Origin: Polyangiales bacterium
Lineage (GTDB): Bacteria; Myxococcota_A; Polyangia; Polyangiales; Polyangiaceae
Direction of reading: 5' to 3'
NCBI GenBank assembly: GCA_038230375.1
Contig: JBBRNJ010000014.1
Coordinates: 1 to 64,000 of the forward strand
DNA length: 64,000 nt
A program made the position numbers and the translations under genes. This document shows positions 11,113 to 20,712 of this stretch, piece by piece. Numbering within the stretch: position 1 is the stretch's first letter; every line of letters begins with the position of its first letter. The notes under the pieces are model-generated. The model ran no database searches. It saw nothing but the letters and a program-made list of their open reading frames with translations, and was not told where the DNA came from.

Positions 11113-12179
11113 GCGAACAGAGCCCGTACGCGAGCCGGGACTTCCTGAACCAGCTGCTCGGGAAGGCGGTCGCCGCGCGCGCGAGCGACGTCCACCTGAA
11201 GGTCGGCAGCCCGCCGGCCGCACGTGTGCAGGGCGATCTGGTGTTCTTCCGCGCCGACCCCCTGCGCCCCGCGGACCTCGAAGCTATCGCGGTGCACGTC
11301 ATCCGCAGCCCCGAGCAGAAGCAGCGCATTGCGGAGCTGTTCGAGCTCGACGGCGCGTACCACGCCGACGGCATCTGCCGCTTTCGCTACAACCTGTACC
11401 GCCAGCGTGGCGAGCTCGGCATCGCCCTTCGCGCGATCCCGTCACAGATCCCGACGTTCGAGAGCCTGGGTGTGCCGCCATCCGCGATCGCGATGTGTGA
11501 GAAGGAACGCGGCCTGGTGGTGGTCGTGGGTGCCGCCGGTAATGGCAAGAGCTCCACGCTCGCCGCGATGATCGCCCACCTGAATCGCACGCAAGCGCTC
11601 CACATCGTCACCATCGAGGACCCGATCGAGTTCATCCACAAGGACGAGAAGAGCTCGGTCAGCCAGCGTGAGATTGGCGTCGACACGTCGTCGTTCGATG
11701 CGGCGCTCCGCGCGGCGATGCGTCAGGACCCGGACGTCATTCTCGTTGGCGAGGTCCGCGACGAAGAGACGATGGACACCGCGCTCAAGGCGGCGGAGAC
11801 CGGGCACCTGGTCCTTGCCACCTTGCACACACCGGATGTCGCTCGCACCTTTGGGCGAATGCTCTCGCTGGCGCCCAAGACGCACGGTGGCGGCGAGGAG
11901 TGGCGCGAGCGCGTGGCGAGCACCCTGCAGGGCATCGTTGCGCAACGCCTCTTGCCCCGCCGCGACGGCCAAGGCCAGGTGCTCGCAGCGGAAATCCTTG
12001 TCTGTTCCGGCTCCGTGCGGGAAGCCATCAAGCGTCCCGAGCACAGCCCATCCTTGAAGGAGCTCATGGAAAAGGGCGTCCACCCCTACGGGATGCAGAC
12101 GTTCGAGATGCACCTCCGGCAGCTGGTGGGTCAGGGCATCGTGGACAAGGAAGTCGCCCAACGCGCTGCATCCTTCTGA
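11109..12179 (+). CDS. pilT: PilT/PilU-family type IV pilus retraction ATPase
   Basis: ASDVHL, GNGKSSTLAAMI, TIEDPIE, QREIG, RQDPDVILVGEVRD, AETGHLVLATLHT, GMQTF. Confidence 0.9.
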   Translation: MSEQSPYASRDFLNQLLGKAVAARASDVHLKVGSPPAARVQGDLVFFRADPLRPADLEAIAVHVIRSPEQKQRIAELFELDGAYHADGICRFRYNLYRQRGELGIALRAIPSQIPTFESLGVPPSAIAMCEKERGLVVVVGAAGNGKSSTLAAMIAHLNRTQALHIVTIEDPIEFIHKDEKSSVSQREIGVDTSSFDAALRAAMRQDPDVILVGEVRDEETMDTALKAAETGHLVLATLHTPDVARTFGRMLSLAPKTHGGGEEWRERVASTLQGIVAQRLLPRRDGQGQVLAAEILVCSGSVREAIKRPEHSPSLKELMEKGVHPYGMQTFEMHLRQLVGQGIVDKEVAQRAASF

Positions 12180-12281
12180 CGCGAGCAGACGCGCATACGC
12201 TGACGCAGCCCACGCCACGCGGCGCGCGCGGCCGAAAAGTTGCCGGTTGGCCGGCAGGGTCTACGATCGAATGTAGGACTC

Positions 12282-13895
12282 TTGTTTTCGCGCACCACGA
12301 TCTTCGGTTTCGGAATCGCACTCGCATCGTGCTTGAACCACGGAGGCGTGCTCGTGCAGCCTGGCGGCGCGCCGGAGCTGGCCGCGACCGCGGCACACGC
12401 CGACGCGGAAGACGCCACCATCGCCACCATCGCGACGGGCGCACCCGAAAGCACGGCGTCGACCGATGCTCTTGCAGAGCCCACCACCGCGAGCAGCGCA
12501 CCGCGGCGCATTGGTCACTGCAACGACGAGGAGCTCACGTCGCCCATCGCGCACTTCTCCATCGTGCACATGAACGATCTGCAGGCACGCTACTCCGACC
12601 GCATCCACGGGAAGAGTCGCTACGCATATGTGGCCGGTGCGATCGCCGACGCACGCCGCAAGAACCCGAACACGCTCGTGCTCGACGCCGGCGACGACTA
12701 CGAGAAGGGCTCGCTCGCCGACCTGCGCTCCATGGGCGAGGCCACGCGGCAGATGATCGCGGTGCTCGGCATTGATGTGCGCACCATCGGCAACCACGAC
12801 TTCTCGTACGGTGAGGCCGCTGTATTGCGCGACGTCACGCGCTCGCCGCATCCCGTGCTCTCCGCGAACATCAAGAAGCGCAGCGGTGACTCGCCGTTCC
12901 TGCCCTACGTCCAGGTGGACGTCGGCTGCGTACGGGTCGGCATTGTTGGGCTCACGACGCAGAACTATGGCGCGGACGATCAGCCCACGCGCGAGCCGTA
13001 CTGCGGCGTGTGGCAGCAAGATCCGCACTACACGGAGATCCTCACGAGGGAGGTGCGCGCGCACCGCCGCGAGGTCGACGTGATGATCGCGCTCACGCAC
13101 CTTGGCCTCTTCGAGGACGCCTCGCTCGCGCAGAACGTGCCCGGCGTGGACCTCGTGATCGGCGCGCACACGGAGGACCTTGTGCGAGAGCCGCGCCCGG
13201 CGCTACGCCAGGATGGGTCCGTGGGTCTCGTGATGCAGGCAGGTCACTACGGCGAGACGCTCGGCATGGCGGACGTCGTCGTCAACAAGCGCGAGCGCTC
13301 CGTTGGCGTCGAGCGGTATCGCATCATCGACGTGAACGCTGACGTCCCGCACGAAGAGGCCGTCGCGGAGCTCGCCGACAGGCTCGAACGGAAGTACACG
13401 CCCGGTCTGCACGCGACGCTCGCAGTGAACAGCGTCGAAGTGAAGCCTGGCAAGGAGATGGCCGATCTCCTGTGGGACGCAGTGCGGACCGAGTGGGGTG
13501 CGGACGCGCTGCTGGTCGGCAAGGACGCGTTCTGGAGCGGTCTTCCTCCGGGACCTGTCACGCTTGCTCGGCTCTACGACAGCGTGCTCGTCCAGCGTGA
13601 GCCCACGGGCACCAGCGGCTTCACGTCACTCCAGGTGATCGCCATCAAGGGAAGCGACCTCCAGGCGCTGCGTGCCGCGTACACCTATGGGCCGCTCTAC
13701 GAGATCTACGTTGCTGGGGAAATCCAGCCCTCGCGCACGTATCGCCTGGTCTGCGACAAGCGTGTGCAGACGTTCCCCGAGCTCGTGTTCCGCGATGCCA
13801 TGAAGCTCCCCAAGGCGCGCTTCGGCGGCGAGATCATCGATGTGCTCGAGAGCTATGCGCGGTCGCGAAGCCGTCGCGGGCTACCGCTGCGCTGA
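12282..13895 (+). CDS. bifunctional metallophosphatase/5'-nucleotidase family protein
   Basis: HMNDLQ, DAGD, GNHDF, ALTHLG, GAHTE motifs; N-terminal signal-like segment; start uncertain (12240-12282). Confidence 0.8.
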   Translation: MFSRTTIFGFGIALASCLNHGGVLVQPGGAPELAATAAHADAEDATIATIATGAPESTASTDALAEPTTASSAPRRIGHCNDEELTSPIAHFSIVHMNDLQARYSDRIHGKSRYAYVAGAIADARRKNPNTLVLDAGDDYEKGSLADLRSMGEATRQMIAVLGIDVRTIGNHDFSYGEAAVLRDVTRSPHPVLSANIKKRSGDSPFLPYVQVDVGCVRVGIVGLTTQNYGADDQPTREPYCGVWQQDPHYTEILTREVRAHRREVDVMIALTHLGLFEDASLAQNVPGVDLVIGAHTEDLVREPRPALRQDGSVGLVMQAGHYGETLGMADVVVNKRERSVGVERYRIIDVNADVPHEEAVAELADRLERKYTPGLHATLAVNSVEVKPGKEMADLLWDAVRTEWGADALLVGKDAFWSGLPPGPVTLARLYDSVLVQREPTGTSGFTSLQVIAIKGSDLQALRAAYTYGPLYEIYVAGEIQPSRTYRLVCDKRVQTFPELVFRDAMKLPKARFGGEIIDVLESYARSRSRRGLPLR

Positions 13896-13908
13896 GCTGC
13901 CATGAGGG

Positions 13909-14904
13909 TCACGTCTGCGCGGACACTGTCGCGGCCAGCTTGCCAAGGTCCACGTTGCCTCCGCAGAGAAGCACACCCACGCGTTCATCCCGGGCGGGTA
14001 CGTAGGCGCGCGAGAGGATCGCCGCAGCGGCTGCAGCACCACCCGGCTCGGTGGCGATACGCAGGTCCGTGAACAGTCGCTGCTGCGCGGCCACGATCGC
14101 GTCGTCGTCCACGAGGATGACGCCAGCGACCGTCTCCTTCGCGATCGCATACACACGCGCGCCCACGTTCCGCGCACCCAGCGAATCCGCCGCGACCGAC
14201 TCCACCGGCACGTCCACGGGACCACCTGCAAGGAGGGCGGCGTGGAGCGCACACGAGCCGCGCGGCTCCACGGCGAAGACGCGCGTCCCCGTGCCCTTGA
14301 AGTACGACGCGACTCCAGCGACCAGTCCTCCACCGCCGCACGCGATCAGCACGGTATCTAGCCCGAAGCCGCCCTCGTCGCGTGTCTGCTCGTCCCATTC
14401 AAGGCCGAGCGTGGCCTGTCCTCGGATCGTGAGGTCTGCGTCGAACGGGTGCACGCGCAGCGCGCCCGACTCGGCCACGTACCTGTCGCACGCCTCCTGC
14501 GCATCGGCATAGCGAGCGCCACCGATGCGGACGTCCGCGCCGTGGGCCTTGATGGCGGCCACCTTCGCAGGGCTTGCGATCTCGGGAACGAAGATGCGCG
14601 CCGACAGTCCCAGCGTCCGCGTTGCGTACGCGACCGCGACACCGTGGTTTCCGCCTGACGCGGCGGCCACGCCCGCCTTCGGGATGGTCTCCGAGAGAAG
14701 CGTCGTGAACGCACCGCGCGTCTTGAACGAGCCGGCGTGCTGCAGGAGCTCCAGCTTCAACGATACGGGTGAGGTGAGCCCGAGCTCGCCGCCGGGCGCA
14801 AAAAGCACGGGGGTGCGCCGGATGCGGCCGGAGATGAGATGGTAGGCGGCGCGGATCTGGTCGCGGCCAGGGCTCGCGCTCTCGGAGTCTCGTGGAAGCG
14901 TCAT
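13909..14904 (-). CDS. threonine/serine dehydratase (PLP-dependent)
   Basis: LKLELLQHAGSFKTRG, ASGGNHG, GGGGL, TEPGGAAA, LCGGN. Confidence 0.9.
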   Translation of the reverse strand: MTLPRDSESASPGRDQIRAAYHLISGRIRRTPVLFAPGGELGLTSPVSLKLELLQHAGSFKTRGAFTTLLSETIPKAGVAAASGGNHGVAVAYATRTLGLSARIFVPEIASPAKVAAIKAHGADVRIGGARYADAQEACDRYVAESGALRVHPFDADLTIRGQATLGLEWDEQTRDEGGFGLDTVLIACGGGGLVAGVASYFKGTGTRVFAVEPRGSCALHAALLAGGPVDVPVESVAADSLGARNVGARVYAIAKETVAGVILVDDDAIVAAQQRLFTDLRIATEPGGAAAAAAILSRAYVPARDERVGVLLCGGNVDLGKLAATVSAQT

Positions 14905-15245
14905 CGTGCTTTTTGCGAGATCCATTCGATCGCGCGATCGAGCTCGGGCTTCTTGAATACGGGCCCCAGCGCCCTGAGCGCGTCCATGGCGGGCTCGTCC
15001 TCCGACGCGGTGAAGAAGGCGATCGGGATGTCCGGCGAGTTCTCGCGCAGACGCAGGGCGACATCCGCGCCCGTACCGTCACCCAGGTCGAAGTCGAGCA
15101 GCGCGGCACCATAGGCGCGCCCGTCGACGCCACCGCAATCGGCGACGCTCTCCTTCGTGTCCACCTGCATACCCACGGCTTCGATGCGCTTGCGCAGCGT
15201 CACGCGCGCGACGGGGGAGTCATCTACGACAAGGACCTTGAGCAC
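14901..15245 (-). CDS. single-domain response regulator
   Basis: VLVVDDS, LLDFDL, FFTAS, KKP receiver motifs. Confidence 0.85.
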   Translation of the reverse strand: MLKVLVVDDSPVARVTLRKRIEAVGMQVDTKESVADCGGVDGRAYGAALLDFDLGDGTGADVALRLRENSPDIPIAFFTASEDEPAMDALRALGPVFKKPELDRAIEWISQKAR

Positions 15246-15494
15246 GATCGGAGACTACCTTGGATCGCACGGCGCCGCTCCGAAACGGCGCGCCCCGCTC
15301 CGTTGCTTGCTCCGTTTCGACGCGTGCGCACGCCCGACGCGATGCCCGCGCCCGCTTCGCGGCGCGCATGTCACCCGTTGGTAGTACGCAATTCCGCGAC
15401 GTTTTTCGCTGTCGTCTGCGTCCTCCGGCGAAGTGTCGGGCCCGATGGCCCGGCTCTTGAAGAAGGAATCCGTTCGCAGGAGGCGAAGGACAAC

Positions 15495-16343
15495 ATGAAG
15501 ATTCAGTTCTGGGGCGTTCGTGGAAGCATCGCATCGCCGGGCCCGGAGACGGCGGAGTTCGGGGGCAACACGAGCTGTGTGGAGCTCGATTGCGGGGACT
15601 CGCGCGTGGTGCTCGACGCAGGCACGGGGCTGCGCAACCTTGGCAACAAGATGCTCGCGCGCAAGGACCCGCTCGACGTCACATTGCTTCTCTCGCACTA
15701 CCACTGGGACCACATCCAGGGGCTCCCGTTCTTCGTGCCCATCTACATGAAGGACACGCGGATGAAGATCATCGGCCAGAAGGCAGGCGTTGTGGGCGCG
15801 CGTGAGGCGCTGTTCCACCAGATGCAGGCGCCGGTCTTCCCGGTGCGCCTGGACGAGGTGGGCGCGCGCATCGAGACACAGGAGCTCTCGCCTGGACAGA
15901 GCATCCAGGACGGCGGCGCGAAGATCACCGCGATGAAGCTCAATCATCCCGGCGGCGTTCTTGCGTACCGCGTGGAGTGTCGCGGCAAGAGCGTGGTCTA
16001 TGCGACCGACACGGAGCACTACGCGTGCGTGGACCCGGCGCTCGTCGCGCTCGCCGCGGGCGCGGACCTGCTCATCTACGACGCACAGTACACCCCGGAG
16101 GAGTACCCGCGCAAAGTGGGATGGGGTCACTCCACCTACGTTGCCGGCTGCGAGGTCGCGAAGGCGGCGGGCGTTGGCGCGCTGGCGCTCTTCCATCATG
16201 ACCCGCTGCGAACGGACCAGGGCGTGAAGGAGATCGAGGCGCGCGCCCAGGAGCTGTTCCCGCGCGCCTTCGCGGCGAAGGAAGGAATGTCGATCGACCT
16301 CGCGGAGCCGGGCGAGCGGCTGCTCACGGTGACGGCCGCGTGA
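15495..16343 (+). CDS. MBL-fold metallo-hydrolase (phosphodiesterase-like)
   Basis: WGVRGSI..GGNTSCV, SHYHWDHIQGLPFF, TDTEH, WGHS, FHHDP; AAGGA RBS. Confidence 0.9.
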   Translation: MKIQFWGVRGSIASPGPETAEFGGNTSCVELDCGDSRVVLDAGTGLRNLGNKMLARKDPLDVTLLLSHYHWDHIQGLPFFVPIYMKDTRMKIIGQKAGVVGAREALFHQMQAPVFPVRLDEVGARIETQELSPGQSIQDGGAKITAMKLNHPGGVLAYRVECRGKSVVYATDTEHYACVDPALVALAAGADLLIYDAQYTPEEYPRKVGWGHSTYVAGCEVAKAAGVGALALFHHDPLRTDQGVKEIEARAQELFPRAFAAKEGMSIDLAEPGERLLTVTAA

Positions 16344-17872
16344 CGCTCTCGCTCGCTTTCCGTGTATCCTCGGATCCGCGGGCGATGCAACAGCGGCTAT
16401 CACTCCTTGTCGACCTCTCCACGTTGCTCGCGCGGGAGGTCGACTTCGAGACGCTCCTTGGCGCCGCGTGCGAGCGCATCACGGACGCGGTGTCCGCGGA
16501 GCGCGCAACGATCTGGCTCATCGACGCGGAGAACGGCGACCTCTTCACGAAGGTCGCCATGCTTCCGGAGGCGCCGGGTCTGCGGCAGAAGAAGGCGCGC
16601 GGCATCGCCGCGTGGGTCGCCGAGAACGGCGAGACCGTGCGCGTGGACGACGTGGCGAAGGACGTACGCTTCGATCCATCGGTCGACAAGATCACCGGCT
16701 TCCGCACGCGCACCATCGTCGCGGCGCCCATCCGTGAGCGCAACGACGGGCCCGTGCGCGGCGTCTTGCAGGTGCTCAACAAGGCAGGCGAGGGCGCGCG
16801 CTTCGACGACGAGGACACGCGCTACGTGGAGGCGCTCGCGGAGCAGCTGGGGCGGGTCTTCTCGCTCACCACGCTTCGCCCGGCCGACAAGGAAGGTCGC
16901 GGGCTCACGCTGCGCGGCCCGTTCAATCGCATCGTGGGGCGCAGCGCCGAGCTGACGCAGGTGTACGAGCGCGTGCAGCTGGCGGCGCAGACAGACGCGA
17001 CAGTGTTGCTCTCCGGCGAGACGGGCACTGGAAAGGGGCTGTTTTCCCGTGCGATTCACGTGAACAGCAAACGCCAGGCGGGACCGTTCGTCACAGTGGA
17101 CTGCACCACGCTTCCGTCGCAGCTCTTCGAGAGCGAGGTCTTCGGTCACGAGCGCGGCGCGTTCACGGGCGCAGACCGCAAGGTGCCGGGGCGCGTGGAG
17201 ACCGCGAACGGCGGCACGCTCTTCTTCGACGAGATCGGCGAGCTGCCGCTGGAGCTGCAGAAGAAGCTGCTTCGCCTGATCCAGGATCGCGTCTACGAGC
17301 GCGTGGGCGGACGAGAGACACTGCACGCCGACATCCGCATCGTGTGCGCGACGCACCGCGACCTAGCAGCCGAGGTGCGCGCGGGCCGCTTCCGGGAGGA
17401 TCTCTTCTACCGCATCCGCGTCGTCGAGATCGCCGTGCCGCCGCTGCGCGTGCGCGGCGAGGACGAAATCACGGAGCTCATCGCGCACTTCTCCACCATC
17501 TACGCGAAGCGGTACGAGCGACCGGAGCTTGTCATCCCGAAGAAGCTCCGCGACGCGCTCGTCCGATACACCTGGCCGGGCAACGTCCGAGAGCTCGAGC
17601 ACTGGGTCGAGAGCGCGGTCGTCCTCTCCCCCAAGGGCGAGGTCACAGAGGCCCTTTTGCCAAGCTCATCGCGCTCGCCCATGAAGCTAGCGGCGCCCTC
17701 GCCCGATGTGCGCGAGACCGATGGCGTCGCGCTGGGCCTCACGCTGTCGGCAGCAAAGCGAGCCTATGTCGACGCCACGCTGGAACAAGCGGGTGGGAAC
17801 AAGACCCTGGCCTGCAAGAAGCTGGGAATCAGCCGCAACACGCTGACGCGAATCCTCGCAGGCGAGGAGTAG
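16340..17872 (+). CDS. GAF-domain sigma54-dependent enhancer-binding protein (Fis family)
   Basis: GAF domain (GVLQVLNK), [36 protein letters not shown]-terminal HTH. Confidence 0.92.
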   Translation: MTLSLAFRVSSDPRAMQQRLSLLVDLSTLLAREVDFETLLGAACERITDAVSAERATIWLIDAENGDLFTKVAMLPEAPGLRQKKARGIAAWVAENGETVRVDDVAKDVRFDPSVDKITGFRTRTIVAAPIRERNDGPVRGVLQVLNKAGEGARFDDEDTRYVEALAEQLGRVFSLTTLRPADKEGRGLTLRGPFNRIVGRSAELTQVYERVQLAAQTDATVLLSGETGTGKGLFSRAIHVNSKRQAGPFVTVDCTTLPSQLFESEVFGHERGAFTGADRKVPGRVETANGGTLFFDEIGELPLELQKKLLRLIQDRVYERVGGRETLHADIRIVCATHRDLAAEVRAGRFREDLFYRIRVVEIAVPPLRVRGEDEITELIAHFSTIYAKRYERPELVIPKKLRDALVRYTWPGNVRELEHWVESAVVLSPKGEVTEALLPSSSRSPMKLAAPSPDVRETDGVALGLTLSAAKRAYVDATLEQAGGNKTLACKKLGISRNTLTRILAGEE

Positions 17873-17886
17873 GTCGGAGGTGAGAG

Positions 17887-18030
17887 GTCGAGGTCGTTGT
17901 CGTTGTCGTTGTCGTTGTCGATGTCGATGTCGATGTCGAAGTCGATGTCGAAGTCGATGTCGAAGTCGAAGTCGAAGTCGAAGTCGATGTCCTCGTCGAT
18001 GTCGATGTTCCTGTCGACGTCCTTGTCGAC
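17887..18030. repeat. degenerate hexamer tandem array (GTCGAT/GTCGAA/GTCGTT), about 24 units
   Basis: Directly visible period-6 array in the intergenic region. Confidence 0.92.
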
Positions 18031-18137
18031 CTCCTCCTCGACCTCCCTTCCCCAAGTTTCACCCTCACCATCGAACTCCACATCCCATCCGTCCTGGTTT
18101 GAAAACCTCGCGGTAATCGCCTAGTGTCCGCCGACAC

Positions 18138-19088
18138 ATGAACCCGCCGTTTTCCCGCGAGTACGTCCGAGCCTTCTTCGACAAGCCGCTCCTCCCGCTC
18201 CTCGACCAGGCGCGCGCCGTCCACATCGCGAACCACAAGGACAACGAGGTGCAGCTCTGCACCCTGCTCAGCGTGAAGACTGGCGCGTGCCAGGAAGACT
18301 GCGCGTACTGCCCGCAGTCCTCGCACTACGAGACCAACGTCCAGCCAGAGAAGATGCTCGACGTGAACGACGTGATCGCGAGCGCGCGTCGCGCGAAGGA
18401 GCTGGGCTCCACGCGCTTCTGCATGGGCGCCGCGTGGCGCGAGGTGAAGGAAGGCCCCGCGTTCGATCGCGTGGTCGAGATGGTGAAGGGCGTGAAGGAC
18501 GTGGGCCTCGAGGCCTGCGTGACGCTGGGAATGCTCAACGAAGCGCAGGCCAAGCGGCTCGCGGACGCAGGGCTCGACGCCTACAACCACAACCTCGACA
18601 CCAGCCGCGAGCACTACAAGAGCATCATCAAGACGCGCACCTTCGACGACCGCCTTCGCACGCTGGAGACCGTTCGCAAGGCCGGCATCACCGTCTGCTC
18701 GGGCGGCATCATCGGCATGGGTGAGAGCATCGACGACCGCGCAGAGATGCTTCGCACGCTCGCGAACCTCACGCCGCAGCCCGAGAGCGTGCCCGTCAAC
18801 GCGCTGGTTGCGGTCCCCGGAACACCGCTCGCGGACATGCCGCGTGTGGAGCCGATGGAGCTCGTGCGCATGATCGCGGTCGCGCGCATCTTGATGCCGA
18901 AGTCCCGCGTGCGCTTGTCCGCAGGCCGTGAGGGCATGTCGCGCGAGGCGCAGATCCTCTGCATGCTCGCCGGCGCAAACTCGATCTTCTTCGGCGAGAA
19001 GCTCCTCACCACCCCCAACCCGAGCTCCGATGACGACATGGCGCTCATCCGCGACGCCGGCCTCACCGCACAGGCGCCGTCCCTCTAG
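18138..19088 (+). CDS. bioB: biotin synthase
   Basis: [15 protein letters not shown] radical SAM motif, [29 protein letters not shown]. Confidence 0.97.
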   Translation: MNPPFSREYVRAFFDKPLLPLLDQARAVHIANHKDNEVQLCTLLSVKTGACQEDCAYCPQSSHYETNVQPEKMLDVNDVIASARRAKELGSTRFCMGAAWREVKEGPAFDRVVEMVKGVKDVGLEACVTLGMLNEAQAKRLADAGLDAYNHNLDTSREHYKSIIKTRTFDDRLRTLETVRKAGITVCSGGIIGMGESIDDRAEMLRTLANLTPQPESVPVNALVAVPGTPLADMPRVEPMELVRMIAVARILMPKSRVRLSAGREGMSREAQILCMLAGANSIFFGEKLLTTPNPSSDDDMALIRDAGLTAQAPSL

Positions 19089-19113
19089 CAAGCAGCAAGC
19101 GACCGGGCCCGCG

Positions 19114-20712
19114 CTACACTTTGGCGCGGCGGCGGAGGATGATGATGTGGAATACACGCATCGGACGACCGCCCCGGAACATGGAGACGCGGCTGTCGCC
19201 TTCCATTGCGAAGTCGGGGAACAGCTCCTCCGGGCGATCCATGCCCAGCTGGTCGGTGGTGACCAGGATCACCGTGCCGCGCTTCATCCACTGATCGCGC
19301 GGGAGCCACGTATCCCAGTCGTCACCGCCGTGAGTCGTGCAGCCCACGTCGATCTCGCGAGGTAGCCCAGCGCGGAGCTGTCCGCACACCGTCCAGTGGA
19401 GCCCCACGACCACCACGTCGTTCGAATCGAGCGGCGTGCGCGCGGCCTCGACGGTGTCGATGACGGACGTGAGCGTGCTGGGCCAGCCGAAGAGCTCGTT
19501 CGTGATGTCGGCCTTCGGGTCGGTGGGCCAGAGCTTCGACAGGCTGGGCGAGAGGACCCATGCGTAGACGAACGCGCTCATCGCCGCGGCCAGGTACGCG
19601 GCCTTTCGTCCGAAGCGAATCGGGTCCTGTGTACCCGCGTAAATCGCGATGGGCAGGTACACGGGCGCGAGCCAGTGCGGCTCCGACGTGCGCGCGAAGG
19701 TGCACACGGGAACGAGCACCGCGACCGAGACGAGCATGTTCGTGGCAAGGAGCGACGTGGCCGCGTCATCCTTGCGCGCGAGGAACAGACGGCGCCCAAG
19801 CACGATCGCGAGGATGCAGAAAACGGGTGACACATAGAGCAGCTGTCCGAAGATCGTCGTGGCTGCGCGCCCTGCATCGGGGCCACCGCGCTGCGTGACG
19901 ACGAAGCGGTGGTGCAGCATGGGGAAACCGTGCGCGGCCTCGTACCGGACGATGGGCACGAGCACGATGCAGCCGATCGCCAGGCCGACCCACGCCCATG
20001 GCGTGCGCGCCTCCTTCCTGGTCCGCGCGTAGACGATCGCGAGCGTCAGCATCAAGCACAGCCCCGACACCTTGGCGGACGCGGCGACCCCGGCCAGGAG
20101 CCCAGCGAACACGAACGCGACGGCGACGCGCGAGCCCGTCTCTCCAGCCGCCCTTGCGCGCAGTCCCGAGATCGCGAGCGCAAGCGACGCAAGCCAGAGC
20201 GGCGCGAGCAACAGGTCAGGCGTCATCGCGAAGAGCCCGACGGCCATCACCGGCGCCACCGTGAGCGCGATTCCCACGATGCAGGCGGCGCGACGCGACT
20301 GCCCATACGCTCGCGCCGCAGCGAACCCGATCCACGGCGTGAACATGGAGAGCGTGGTGGTGATGAGGTGCGCGTCGGCTGGTGTGGGCGCGCGCCCGGC
20401 GCCGATCACGCGCGCGAACAGCGCGATCAACCCGGGATGGTCCAGGTACGAAGCCTGCGGGTAGAACGCGTAGCTCGCGTACAGGGCCTCGCTGTCGCCG
20501 AAGCCCACGGTCTTGCCTGCGAGCAGCCGCGCACCGGTGAGGAGGATGGAGAGCAGACCAAGGAGCAGCATCACGCCTTGCCCCTCCGGGATGGGCGTGG
20601 CGTCGCGGAGCTCCACCGGGCGCCCCGCGCCCTTCGCGGCCAGCGCGCGCGCAACGGGATCTACCTTCGGGGCGGGCTGTTTTTTCTGGCTGCTGCTGGG
20701 CTTCTTCGCCAT
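19114..20712 (-). CDS. GT39/ArnT-like (PMT_2) multi-pass glycosyltransferase
   Basis: DSEALY, YLDHPGL, MTPDLL, many TM helices; adjacent to lpxB. Confidence 0.8.
   Translation of the reverse strand: MAKKPSSSQKKQPAPKVDPVARALAAKGAGRPVELRDATPIPEGQGVMLLLGLLSILLTGARLLAGKTVGFGDSEALYASYAFYPQASYLDHPGLIALFARVIGAGRAPTPADAHLITTTLSMFTPWIGFAAARAYGQSRRAACIVGIALTVAPVMAVGLFAMTPDLLLAPLWLASLALAISGLRARAAGETGSRVAVAFVFAGLLAGVAASAKVSGLCLMLTLAIVYARTRKEARTPWAWVGLAIGCIVLVPIVRYEAAHGFPMLHHRFVVTQRGGPDAGRAATTIFGQLLYVSPVFCILAIVLGRRLFLARKDDAATSLLATNMLVSVAVLVPVCTFARTSEPHWLAPVYLPIAIYAGTQDPIRFGRKAAYLAAAMSAFVYAWVLSPSLSKLWPTDPKADITNELFGWPSTLTSVIDTVEAARTPLDSNDVVVVGLHWTVCGQLRAGLPREIDVGCTTHGGDDWDTWLPRDQWMKRGTVILVTTDQLGMDRPEELFPDFAMEGDSRVSMFRGGRPMRVFHIIILRRRAKV

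Noticed and set aside
17887..18030. CRISPR array or mobile-element end
   Set aside because: Period is 6 bp with no unique spacers, and no cas or transposase genes are present.
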